Shown here in pieces: positions 37,386 through 46,054 of a DNA stretch of 64,000 bases. The first letter of the stretch is position 1. The number at the start of each line of letters is the position of its first letter. Below the pieces are notes generated by a model. The model worked only from the letters and a program-made list of their open reading frames with translations, made no database searches and was not told the DNA's origin. Made by a program: the position numbers and the translations under genes. Source of the DNA: a virus; the IMG/VR virus record IMGVR_UViG_3300044641_005643. One strand, written 5' to 3'.

Positions 37386-37456
37386 GCTCACTTTAACTCT
37401 TGGGGCACGACTCCTTTGAGTAGCGCAGCAGCCGCGCACACCGGTCCTAAGGGTGT
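37386..37456 (-). ncRNA. unassigned structured RNA (three hairpins plus a possible pseudoknot)
   Basis: GC-rich intergenic island: ACACC/GGUGU, GCGC/GCGC, CUC/GAG stems; loop GCUGCU complementary to tail AGUGAGC; strand not certain. Confidence 0.55.
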
Positions 37457-37457
37457 T

Positions 37458-37652
37458 CTATTTTTTTGATTCGCAGATTCTGGTTCTTTCTAATGTGCCA
37501 TCTGGCCTAGTTTCTTCTCGCCATTCAGTACAAATCTGTGTTTCTGTTTTGGGTTTTTCTGGTACCAATCGATCCACTGTATAACTGGCAGTCATCCAGC
37601 CCATGGCACTGAAGAAACCCCACACTATCATGTATGGTACTTCACCTAACAT
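37458..37652 (-). CDS. small membrane-anchored protein
   Basis: N-terminal hydrophobic segment, two Cys. Confidence 0.6.
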   Translation of the reverse strand: MLGEVPYMIVWGFFSAMGWMTASYTVDRLVPEKPKTETQICTEWREETRPDGTLERTRICESKK

Positions 37653-38220
37653 CTGCTATTTTCTTTTTGATGATTTCAATCACGTGATCATTAAGTACAA
37701 CTTCATAATGATTACATTCCAGTTCGATTAATTCCATGATGTCGGCTCTATGACTTTGACTGGCAATAGTAACCACACCATCGTTTAGTGCTGATATCCA
37801 GGGTGCCGATCCGGTTGTGGTCACAATGTTGGTCCATGGACGATGTAGATCAAATGCGTGTGCTTTTTTCATGGCCCACGAATTGGGACCGATGTCTTTT
37901 AGTAATCTACTGTACGGTAAGAAATATTTTGCAACATCTGCAGATTCAGCACCACCGTATGGCGTACTTAATGTTACCGCACCCAGCACTTGATCTGCGA
38001 ATTCTTGTGCCAAGTGCAGTGCGTATATACCACCCAGACTGTGACAAATAAAAAACATGTCTCGTTGAGCACTTAGTAGCTCCTTCATGTTCTCTAAATT
38101 TTTCTCAAAGCCATTTCTGCTGTCATAATTGATCAACAGCGTTTTGCCTTTGATTTGTCGTCTGATGTAGTTAAAACTTTCACTGGTGGCACTGGCACCG
38201 TGAATATAAACTAAAAGCAT
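37642..38220 (-). CDS. alpha/beta hydrolase
   Basis: YIHG, CHSLGG nucleophile elbow, STPYGG, NDGVV, NH. Confidence 0.88.
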   Translation of the reverse strand: MLLVYIHGASATSESFNYIRRQIKGKTLLINYDSRNGFEKNLENMKELLSAQRDMFFICHSLGGIYALHLAQEFADQVLGAVTLSTPYGGAESADVAKYFLPYSRLLKDIGPNSWAMKKAHAFDLHRPWTNIVTTTGSAPWISALNDGVVTIASQSHRADIMELIELECNHYEVVLNDHVIEIIKKKIADVR

Positions 38221-38226
38221 GATAGA

Positions 38227-38661
38227 TTATGTAAGCGTGGATCTCAGCATCCAACTGTGTTTGGCATGAGCATCTTGCCTGCTGGCCAAGAAATCACTGA
38301 GGCCGTGTTTGCCTAGTTCTTCGGCTGCACGGAATACGATGCGGAACATTTCTTCCAATTTATCACTGTCTTGCAACAACTCTACTAGCATTGATTCGGC
38401 TGGTAGCACTTCAGTTTCATCGTCGATCATGCTCAAGATGCTGAATCTAGTGAATGAACCTGGTGTGTAAGTGCCAGTGGCCCTAATTTCCTCTGCAAAC
38501 TTGTCTATGCTACCATAGACTTCTTCGTAGATGTTAGCAAACAGTTCATGATATTGTGGAAAGTTGGGTCCTTCCACATTCCAGTGAAAATAGTGGGCTT
38601 TTAGATAAAAAGCATATTCACTAGCAAATGCAATTTTGAGAGCGCGATGTAATGAGTCCAT
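38227..38661 (-). CDS. dps: Dps/ferritin-like DNA protection protein
   Basis: KAHYFHWNVEG..F...HELF, ID.FAE.IR, H.KH.WML. Confidence 0.92.
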   Translation of the reverse strand: MDSLHRALKIAFASEYAFYLKAHYFHWNVEGPNFPQYHELFANIYEEVYGSIDKFAEEIRATGTYTPGSFTRFSILSMIDDETEVLPAESMLVELLQDSDKLEEMFRIVFRAAEELGKHGLSDFLASRQDAHAKHSWMLRSTLT

Positions 38662-38669
38662 ACCTGTAT

Positions 38670-38819
38670 TTATCTGCCCTGTCCTCTATTGGGTTTGAAG
38701 CCACGGCGATAGCTCTTGTTCATGGTGCTGGTTTTTGGTCTCAGTCCGCCAACGTGAGTGCGTTTGACCACATGATCGATTGCAGGTTTGCCTGTTGCAG
38801 TTCCTTTCGCTTTTGCCAT
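38670..38819 (-). CDS. 49-aa basic peptide ending RGQGR (not in the ORF track)
   Basis: MAKAKGTATGKPAIDHVVKRTHVGGLRPKTSTMNKSYRRGFKPNRGQGR; GGAG SD. Confidence 0.7.
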   Translation of the reverse strand: MAKAKGTATGKPAIDHVVKRTHVGGLRPKTSTMNKSYRRGFKPNRGQGR

Positions 38820-38837
38820 TTTGTTCTCCGACTTAGG

Positions 38838-39521
38838 TTACTTAAAAGCTTGACTTTTACCATAATCATCTTTATGATTACTGGTCTTTTCATACATCAC
38901 TGTATCTGTGTCTCCCAGGCGCCATTTGGGATTTTGTTCTACCACATACTTGCGAGTACAAACTCGAAAATCAGGAAACTTCATGTCTGTAGGATTACTG
39001 GCAGCATCAAAGAACAAACAACGATTGTTGGGCTGTGCTGCATACTGTCCATTATCTAGTTCTATAAAGTTAAAACTTTTGTGATCTTCGGGCCATTCAC
39101 TGTAGCCAGTGTCTATAATGTTATGATCCGGGTGTGCATTATCTACGGTAAACAAATAATTACCCGAATACATTTGTTTGTCTTTGGCGTAAAACTTACA
39201 ACTTAAATTCTTTAAAAAGGCTTTTTGAATTATAGCAATATCGTAATCAAAACAGTCCCATATTTGTAAAGAGTCTAGAGGTAAAAAATTCTGTGTGTCA
39301 AGATTCTCTGTGCGTGATACAAACGCATGCAAAGGTAGTTTGTCATAAAGTGCGCCATAGTTGGGTAGATATGCTTCTATTCTAAATGCCTGCCCTCTGA
39401 TACTTTTTAAAGTGATCCAGATGCAAGGCTCGTATTCTCCGTGTCCTCGTTCGAAGTCATAAAGAAACTCTCGTCGAATGTACGAATGTATTGGTGGTAA
39501 GTTAGCTACTAAAAAACTCAT
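38838..39521 (-). CDS. hypothetical protein
   Basis: FLVANLPP, GALYDKLP, LQIWDCF, NGQYAAQPNNR. Confidence 0.8.
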   Translation of the reverse strand: MSFLVANLPPIHSYIRREFLYDFERGHGEYEPCIWITLKSIRGQAFRIEAYLPNYGALYDKLPLHAFVSRTENLDTQNFLPLDSLQIWDCFDYDIAIIQKAFLKNLSCKFYAKDKQMYSGNYLFTVDNAHPDHNIIDTGYSEWPEDHKSFNFIELDNGQYAAQPNNRCLFFDAASNPTDMKFPDFRVCTRKYVVEQNPKWRLGDTDTVMYEKTSNHKDDYGKSQAFK

Positions 39522-39530
39522 TGATTGAAC

Positions 39531-40106
39531 TCATGGTTGTTGATCTTGATCAGATTGCATTCTACGAATAATGCTGGAATTTTGTCTTGCAGGATCTATG
39601 TAATTTTTGATTTCTTGATCGGCAAATGCTTTAGGATCTTGTAACAATTTACCTGCTGTAAATACCTTGCCTAAAAAGTCAAGACCTTTTCTCAAATTGC
39701 TAGGCGGTTGTTGATCTTGCGGTTGTAATTCTGGAATACCTTGTTCCTTCATGGAACGAGTTTTTGTGGCCACATTCTTGGCAGCTCCACGACGTTCTGG
39801 ATTGGGATCTTCTCTACGCTTTTTTGCAGCACTACTGGCACGACCTTTTTTGCCTAGGCCGTGTGCTTTGCTAGCAGGTAGGCATTTTGGTTTGCCCTCG
39901 CTTGAATCTCTGCCGCCACATTCGCCGCGGATCTTACCATCCGGACCAAAGCGTACCCATTTTTCTTTAAACCATTTTTTGAGATCTTCTTCCAGCTCTT
40001 GTTCGCTCATCTTGACACAATTGGGAACCATGCGGTCGCCCTTTTTCTTCATACCAAGCTGTCGATAACCTTCCCAACAAGATTCTAGCAGTTCTCTATA
40101 TTTCAT
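39531..40106 (-). CDS. putative capsid-internal protein
   Basis: MKYRELLE N-terminus; CWEGY...VPNCVK and LKKWFKEKWV...PKC.P modules. Confidence 0.55.
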   Translation of the reverse strand: MKYRELLESCWEGYRQLGMKKKGDRMVPNCVKMSEQELEEDLKKWFKEKWVRFGPDGKIRGECGGRDSSEGKPKCLPASKAHGLGKKGRASSAAKKRREDPNPERRGAAKNVATKTRSMKEQGIPELQPQDQQPPSNLRKGLDFLGKVFTAGKLLQDPKAFADQEIKNYIDPARQNSSIIRRMQSDQDQQP

Positions 40107-40114
40107 TTAATGTC

Positions 40115-40504
40115 TCATTGAGCTTGTGCAGGGACTGCAACAGTAAATTCGCCGCCCACAGGTTGATCAAATCTCCAACCTTTTTGTCTAAACATGTTGT
40201 AGTAAGGACCAATCACTTTGCTGACATTTTGAGGGCTTACAACTCCTTCCATATCAGCATATTGTGTATCCATGGTACCTGGATGACCTTGAATCACAGT
40301 CACCGATCCGTCTTGATTGACTTTGCTATAAAACCCCCGTTCCCCTGGAGTGGTGCTAAAATAACTGTTCAATTTGTCAACAATTTCTTCGGCGTATTTG
40401 CCTGTGGCTTGTGGATCAACTTGCATATCGGCAGGTGGCACATCCTCGGCCATGGAAGCCTGTTCAATCAAATCAGCATATTTTCTAAAAAATCTTGGAT
40501 CCAC
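40115..40504 (-). CDS. putative capsid-internal protein
   Basis: RKYADLIE N-terminus. Confidence 0.5.
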   Translation of the reverse strand: MDPRFFRKYADLIEQASMAEDVPPADMQVDPQATGKYAEEIVDKLNSYFSTTPGERGFYSKVNQDGSVTVIQGHPGTMDTQYADMEGVVSPQNVSKVIGPYYNMFRQKGWRFDQPVGGEFTVAVPAQAQ

Positions 40505-40519
40505 AATTGTTCCTCTAAC

Positions 40520-41317
40520 TTATTTTTTACTCTTGTTGCCCCAGTTCTTTGCACCCACTTTGCGGCAGCGTACTAATGCACCGGATGCATAGGCCGACGG
40601 CCATACTTTGTAACGACTTTTTACTTTGTGATAGCAGGCATCTTGCTTCTCTGCCAACATCTTGTCTTCATATGCAAGACCTCCGCACTCGGGACATAAT
40701 GTTGCACGTTCGGTCACAATATCGTAACCGGCACGACGCATTTCTTCTAAATATCGTTCTACGCCTTCCGCCACACCTTGCTGACCGTGTGACATAAGCC
40801 AACCTTGGTTAGTGCCCATGTGGAATTCACCAATAGTCTCACCGTCCCAGCTTTGTGCTACCATACGAACTCTATCCCGCTGTGGGTATATTTCACCACC
40901 TGCTGCGGCGACTTCATCACTCCAACGATCATAATCGTTATGCTTAGTAACTCCTGTATTCTCTTTAACAGGTTTTTTATCCTGCTTTTCTTTTTTTATA
41001 TCTTTAATACTTTTTTCGTTATAACCAGCAATAGCGTCAAGTTCTTGTTTAGAAAGTTTTTTAGTCCAGCCTGGTTCGTTATATGGTTGTGGTTTTTTTA
41101 CATTTGCTTCGGCTACTTTATATTTCTTTTTAATTTCTGCTTGTGTCGCAATACGCTTGGCATCATCCTCAATGTCATATGATGTTTTTAATTCTTTATA
41201 ATAGTCGGGGTCAGGCAGGCCGCTCTTTTTCCTTAGTTCTTGATGACGGCGGTGTAGCCGATCTTGCACAGAGCCTTCTGTTATTTTTTTATTTTCAAAG
41301 AGATCATTAACGAACAT
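40520..41317 (-). CDS. putative capsid-internal mosaic protein
   Basis: MFVNDLFE N-terminus; C-terminal DACYHKVKSRYKVWPSAYASGALVRCRK module. Confidence 0.55.
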   Translation of the reverse strand: MFVNDLFENKKITEGSVQDRLHRRHQELRKKSGLPDPDYYKELKTSYDIEDDAKRIATQAEIKKKYKVAEANVKKPQPYNEPGWTKKLSKQELDAIAGYNEKSIKDIKKEKQDKKPVKENTGVTKHNDYDRWSDEVAAAGGEIYPQRDRVRMVAQSWDGETIGEFHMGTNQGWLMSHGQQGVAEGVERYLEEMRRAGYDIVTERATLCPECGGLAYEDKMLAEKQDACYHKVKSRYKVWPSAYASGALVRCRKVGAKNWGNKSKK

Positions 41318-41318
41318 T

Positions 41319-41819
41319 TTAAATGGCCTGTTGTCTAAGTTGCGCTATCTGTGAGGATAGTGCTTCAATTTGTTGTTTTACTCCAACTTTTTGTGCTTGC
41401 ATTTGTTGCAGGCTCATGGCCTTTTCCACAGGATTGGCACCTTGCGGGAAACCTTTGTTGAGGTCCGCCAGCTGGGCGCGAGCACCTTGTAGTTGAGATA
41501 CCAGTCCGACTATTTGATCTTTGATCTGTTGTTTGCCGGCTCGCATCTGTTCTTTGGCGGCTTTGTCTTCAGCTGCACCTGGCTCACCTGAAATACCAGA
41601 TCCTGGGGCACCGTATTCCATGAATTGTTTGCGTAGCACTGACTCAATATCTTCTTCCATACTCTCAGCTGCTCCGCCATCACCTACCATTTTACTGCGT
41701 GATTTTTTAGCACTATCAGTACCCCGCCAATAGCCAGGCCATTTGGGACCAGTAGGCTTGCGCTCGGCTGCACTCATGGCATCCATTTTTTCCAACAGAT
41801 TTTTGATATTGCTCATCAA
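41319..41819 (-). CDS. putative capsid-internal protein
   Basis: IKNLLE N-terminus; Gln-rich coiled coil. Confidence 0.5.
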   Translation of the reverse strand: MMSNIKNLLEKMDAMSAAERKPTGPKWPGYWRGTDSAKKSRSKMVGDGGAAESMEEDIESVLRKQFMEYGAPGSGISGEPGAAEDKAAKEQMRAGKQQIKDQIVGLVSQLQGARAQLADLNKGFPQGANPVEKAMSLQQMQAQKVGVKQQIEALSSQIAQLRQQAI

Positions 41820-42280
41820 TATACGCCTTTACCTACCTCAACTTTTTTAGGCTTGTAGGCATTGCCAACTTTTTTAGGCACACCAGATGTCTTTTTGTTT
41901 GCAGGGCCAGTCATTGATGTAGCTACTGCTCCGGCACTGCTTGCACCACCCGTGGCCATTTCATTAATCATTTTGTCAAGTGCATAATCAGCAGCCGCTT
42001 CTGCAAACGGCATCATCTCTGGTTCTTGACTCACAGCTTCGTATTTTAAATAATCTTGAACACTTTCCAAATATTCGCTAGCCACAGCAATTTTGGTTTG
42101 TACCCATCCTTCTAGGCCTTCCATTTCGCTTACATCTTTTAACAAACGGTGGATTTGAATGGCTGCTTGTGCTGCGCTGTACAACTGACTACGAGCCATT
42201 TGCACTTCGTGGTCTCGGTGCATGTCGTCAGCTTCCTGAGCAATAATGCTATTCTCTACAATAAATTCTGTTGGTTTCAT
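41816..42280 (-). CDS. putative capsid-internal protein
   Basis: MKPTEFIVE N-terminus; LEGWVQTKI..A..YL. Confidence 0.55.
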   Translation of the reverse strand: MKPTEFIVENSIIAQEADDMHRDHEVQMARSQLYSAAQAAIQIHRLLKDVSEMEGLEGWVQTKIAVASEYLESVQDYLKYEAVSQEPEMMPFAEAAADYALDKMINEMATGGASSAGAVATSMTGPANKKTSGVPKKVGNAYKPKKVEVGKGVY

Positions 42281-42289
42281 AATAATTTC

Positions 42290-42742
42290 CTAGGTTTTAA
42301 TATTTATTTTTTTGTTAAGAAGCCGGCTTTTCTGAATCAGTGGAAGATAGGTTTCGTAGGTTTTTTTAACTGGTCTATCTTTGTGTCTTAATTCCAAAAT
42401 TTCGCCAGAAGCTGTTGTTGTATTTTGATTTGGATTTACTCTATCTAAAACAAAATTCCAGGTGTATCCTTTATCAGTTGATCTCAAAAAATTTGGCTGT
42501 ACAATATTGCCATTAACCTTAAAGTTTTTCAACTCAAACATACTAAGGTCTTTATCTGTGTCAAGTTTTAATATATGAATGCCTGGGCCTAGCAAACAAA
42601 AGATGTTTTCATGTATGTAATGATTCTTTGACGACCAATGGAAGGTTCTTTCAGCGAACAACTCATCATCAACATATAATCTATAAATTGGCGGATTTTC
42701 GTACCAATTACAATGAACTTCTAATTCTAGTTTGCTTTCCAT
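42290..42742 (-). CDS. hypothetical beta-rich protein
   Basis: PPIYRLYVDDELFAER; loosely similar to 43677-44159. Confidence 0.7.
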   Translation of the reverse strand: MESKLELEVHCNWYENPPIYRLYVDDELFAERTFHWSSKNHYIHENIFCLLGPGIHILKLDTDKDLSMFELKNFKVNGNIVQPNFLRSTDKGYTWNFVLDRVNPNQNTTTASGEILELRHKDRPVKKTYETYLPLIQKSRLLNKKINIKT

Positions 42743-43647
42743 TATTTTTTACGCCCTGCGCAATGTGCTCGCTGGCTAAAGCCTTGCGGACGATTACAGT
42801 TGATACTGCGTTTGTACTTGGCACTCCACTTTTCTTTAAGAGTGGCAATTTGTTCTTGTAGTTGTGAAACACTGTCGGCTAGGTGCATTTTTTTAAGCTG
42901 TCGGCTCACTTCGCCGGGTCTCACATCTTTGGTAATACTCATACTGTATCTAGGATCACGCACTTGTTTTTTGTTAGCTACAACGCCTACACCAGCAGCT
43001 TCTTCATTTACTGTTTGTGGTATCTTATCAAGCACACGACCCAATTCGGGGTCATCTCTACCATACATTTGTAACAGGTATTCGGATCTTGATTTAGGAT
43101 TGTCTCGTACAGCATTCCAGGCAGCTCTAGCAGGTGTGCCATGACTGACATCCACTTGCTGTCCGTTGATTGTGATTACTTTTTGTCTTTCGTCAGCTAT
43201 AATCACGTACCCGTGTTTGTCAGCAGTTTCACACTTATCCAGGCTTTCAAAAGTTTTAAAGTAACTGGAACTGCCATCTTTTTTGACGCTGTCTGGACGC
43301 AAACGGTCTCGATCAGGTGCCCCTACAGCAACAACAAATATCGTGTTGGCAGGATTGAATCGCGGTTCGGGTAGTTTGTACGGATTGGTTACTTCAATAA
43401 TACGGTCGCTAGGAACACCAGCTGCGGTCATTAAAACTGTTTTGTCGGAAAAATTGAATGGACTTTTGGGTGGCTCTACTTTGTTGCTGGTAGCAATGAA
43501 AACACTGTCTCTACCAAATTTATTCTGCAGACTGCGAAATACATCGCCATGCCCAAGATGGAAGGGTTGAAAACGTCCTGGGTAGAGAACAACTAGTTCT
43601 GGACCAGCTTCGGCTATATAACTTTCAAATAAATCAGCAACAAACAT
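42742..43647 (-). CDS. HIGH-motif nucleotidyltransferase (cytidylyltransferase-like)
   Basis: YPGRFQPFHLGH, SPF.F..K, SHGT..R; MFVADLFE N-terminus; basic Cys C-terminal module. Confidence 0.75.
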   Translation of the reverse strand: MFVADLFESYIAEAGPELVVLYPGRFQPFHLGHGDVFRSLQNKFGRDSVFIATSNKVEPPKSPFNFSDKTVLMTAAGVPSDRIIEVTNPYKLPEPRFNPANTIFVVAVGAPDRDRLRPDSVKKDGSSSYFKTFESLDKCETADKHGYVIIADERQKVITINGQQVDVSHGTPARAAWNAVRDNPKSRSEYLLQMYGRDDPELGRVLDKIPQTVNEEAAGVGVVANKKQVRDPRYSMSITKDVRPGEVSRQLKKMHLADSVSQLQEQIATLKEKWSAKYKRSINCNRPQGFSQRAHCAGRKK

Positions 43648-43676
43648 GGAAATTCCATTATATTGCTGTATTTAGC

Positions 43677-44159
43677 TTAAATGTTTTCTAGTAACCAAAT
43701 GTAAAAAGGACTCTGAAACGGCAGTAGCCATTTACCGTTCCATCCAAGATTGACGCAGTTTTTAACTGAAGCAGGTAACTCTTTGCCCTTGGCCAGCATT
43801 GCACGTGCATAACTTTGGGGATAATTTGGACTGTAATCGCTGGCTGTCCATAACAAAGAGCCTAGATCTATTTCTTCAATTTCAATTGAATCAATATTAA
43901 GCAATAGATCTTCAATTATATTACCTTGCTCGTCTAGTACTGTGTCATAGATTGACTTATTTTTTAATTCTATTTCTAATGTGCAATTGCCTTCATTTAC
44001 ATTTGCTGAAAATTCAAAATATGCAGTTTCTTGTTTTTTAGCTTCTACACGACCCTGCACGAGTAACTCTCCATTTACAAATATATTAAACTCAGGTTGT
44101 TTTTTATCCGTAGAACTGCTTAGTCCTATTTTAAAATGGAGAGTTTCTCTATCACTCAT
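43677..44159 (-). CDS. hypothetical beta-rich protein
   Basis: Start moved to MSDRET; LGWNG.W...F.SPFY.WL. Confidence 0.7.
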   Translation of the reverse strand: MSDRETLHFKIGLSSSTDKKQPEFNIFVNGELLVQGRVEAKKQETAYFEFSANVNEGNCTLEIELKNKSIYDTVLDEQGNIIEDLLLNIDSIEIEEIDLGSLLWTASDYSPNYPQSYARAMLAKGKELPASVKNCVNLGWNGKWLLPFQSPFYIWLLENI

Positions 44160-44169
44160 AACAGTTATC

Positions 44170-45120
44170 TTATGCAGGAGCCTTTTGGGCCATTTTAATC
44201 GCATCTGCAAGTGCAGCAGGAGCAGATACATCAAGTTGTGGTTGATCACCAGCCGGTCCAAACTGTGGCATCTTGCTGAGGTCGCCCACAAACTCATAAT
44301 GTCCAATGTGATTCAACAACACTTTACCGTGTGCCCAGATTTCGCCACCCAGTGCGCTCCATCTGCGACAGAACAACCAATCCTCGCTCAGATAGTGTCC
44401 TTTTTCATCAATAGCAACATCAAAGATACTGTACATGGTAGGCTCGTACTGTTTGCCCAGGCCCACATCATCCACATACTTGGTTTCTGGATGTGCTTTG
44501 CATAGTGTTTCATACACATGTCGTTTGAACAACAAGAAACCGGTACCCATGGTATCTACAGTAAAGATATCACCTTGTACTTTGGTTTCACGTTTGAGAT
44601 TGATAACATAATTGACTGGAAGTGCTTTCTTGGGATACAGGCCACCAATTACATCTTTGTCGCAGGCCATCATCTGCAAGATACTTTCTGGTTGGAAACG
44701 AATATCTGCATCAATAAACATAAAATGAGTGGCCGATGTATTAGTCATCATTTTGGCCATTAAGTTGTTTCTAGCACGAGTAACCAAACTTTCATTGACC
44801 ATGGTGTCCAAACTCCAGTTTAGGCCAACTTGTTGCGCCATTAAGATGAATCGTAATAAGGATGTCATTGTGGGCTCACTAACATTGCCACCATAGCAAG
44901 GCATACCAATATGCAAATGACATTTGGTAAAGTCAAATGGCGTTCCCTGTTGCTGCTGTTGTTTTTGTTGTGCCTGCTGAGCTGCCGCAGCTTTGATCAT
45001 GGCAACTGCATCCTGCGGACTGGTTGCTTGTTGTTGCTCTCTTTGAGCCGCTGCTGCTTTAATTGCTGCCACAGCACTGGCCTGCGAAGAGGCTTTATCT
45101 CCAATTATTTTTTTGACCAT
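44170..45120 (-). CDS. GT-A glycosyltransferase-like protein
   Basis: MPCYGG, ESLVTRARN, FMFIDADI (DxD), GTGFLL, SEDW.FC; Ala/Gln-rich N-terminus. Confidence 0.7.
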   Translation of the reverse strand: MVKKIIGDKASSQASAVAAIKAAAAQREQQQATSPQDAVAMIKAAAAQQAQQKQQQQQGTPFDFTKCHLHIGMPCYGGNVSEPTMTSLLRFILMAQQVGLNWSLDTMVNESLVTRARNNLMAKMMTNTSATHFMFIDADIRFQPESILQMMACDKDVIGGLYPKKALPVNYVINLKRETKVQGDIFTVDTMGTGFLLFKRHVYETLCKAHPETKYVDDVGLGKQYEPTMYSIFDVAIDEKGHYLSEDWLFCRRWSALGGEIWAHGKVLLNHIGHYEFVGDLSKMPQFGPAGDQPQLDVSAPAALADAIKMAQKAPA

Positions 45121-45142
45121 TGAGTTCTCTCTTTGTAATTGA

Positions 45143-45307
45143 TTAGGCTTTGTTGGCTTCAACAACAACGTTGTCGCCGAGTAGTTCTTGAGCTACCTGT
45201 TCAAGAGCTGTTCTGATATCTTCAGTAATAAAGGTACCAGGTGATTCATCATTTTTGATTAATTTGCTTACTGTGATAACTACCACTTCTTCATGTACTT
45301 TTGCCAT
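45143..45307 (-). CDS. 54-aa hypothetical protein (not in the ORF track)
   Basis: MAKVHEEVVVITVSKLIKNDESPGTFITEDIRTALEQVAQELLGDNVVVEANKA; AAGGA SD; TAAATA at 45333-45338. Confidence 0.7.
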   Translation of the reverse strand: MAKVHEEVVVITVSKLIKNDESPGTFITEDIRTALEQVAQELLGDNVVVEANKA

Positions 45308-45331
45308 ATGAGCAATCCTTGAATAATAAAG

Positions 45332-46054
45332 TTATTTATTATCCAAGCATACCAGCTCAGAAACTTCTCTAATCAAGTCAGGATGAATGAGAGTCAAAAA
45401 CGTGGCCACATGCCTGTCATTGGTTAAGAAATTGGTTCCCCATATCCAGTTATATGGCTTGCTTAGACTTTCTCGCGCATGATCGCTGATTTTTATCAAA
45501 TCGCCCAAGCTGTCCAAATAAGCCAATACCTGTTGTCTTACATCTACTTCAAATTGTTTTTCTCTCAGCCACACACGGTATCGATATTTGGGCGGCTTTT
45601 TGACAAGAATGACATGATTTTGTAATATTGCTTTGATTTCTTCATTGGCCGGCCCAGTGATGGCAGCAATTTTATCTCTGTGATTGGGACCTATAGATTT
45701 GGCTACACTCTGTAAAACTAATTCATCCGTGGCATACACAGATATTTTGGGTTCTTCGGTTCTGATTTTGACATCAGGATATTCGTAATATAGATCTTTG
45801 AGACTGATCAAGAAACCAATGTCAGCTTCTTTGAGATGCTTGGCCAACTGTTTGTTCCACCATGACCCTTGACGTCTGTAATCTCTAATCCATTTTCTAC
45901 GCTTTTCAATGTCGTAGCTGACGTTTTCGCAACGAATACTTTTACAACCTGGTGCTGTAATGTCTAACCTAAAATAATATTCGTTATAAAACTGTTTGTT
46001 TGATTCTTGAATATCAATATTGGGCGATAGGTTCTTCCAGAACAATGTATCCAT
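45332..46054 (-). CDS. hypothetical protein
   Basis: 240-aa ORF. Confidence 0.75.
   Translation of the reverse strand: MDTLFWKNLSPNIDIQESNKQFYNEYYFRLDITAPGCKSIRCENVSYDIEKRRKWIRDYRRQGSWWNKQLAKHLKEADIGFLISLKDLYYEYPDVKIRTEEPKISVYATDELVLQSVAKSIGPNHRDKIAAITGPANEEIKAILQNHVILVKKPPKYRYRVWLREKQFEVDVRQQVLAYLDSLGDLIKISDHARESLSKPYNWIWGTNFLTNDRHVATFLTLIHPDLIREVSELVCLDNK

Noticed and set aside
37386-37456. tRNA or a definite twister ribozyme
   Set aside because: No acceptor stem or T-loop; the twister P1/P2 and pseudoknot partners cannot be assembled
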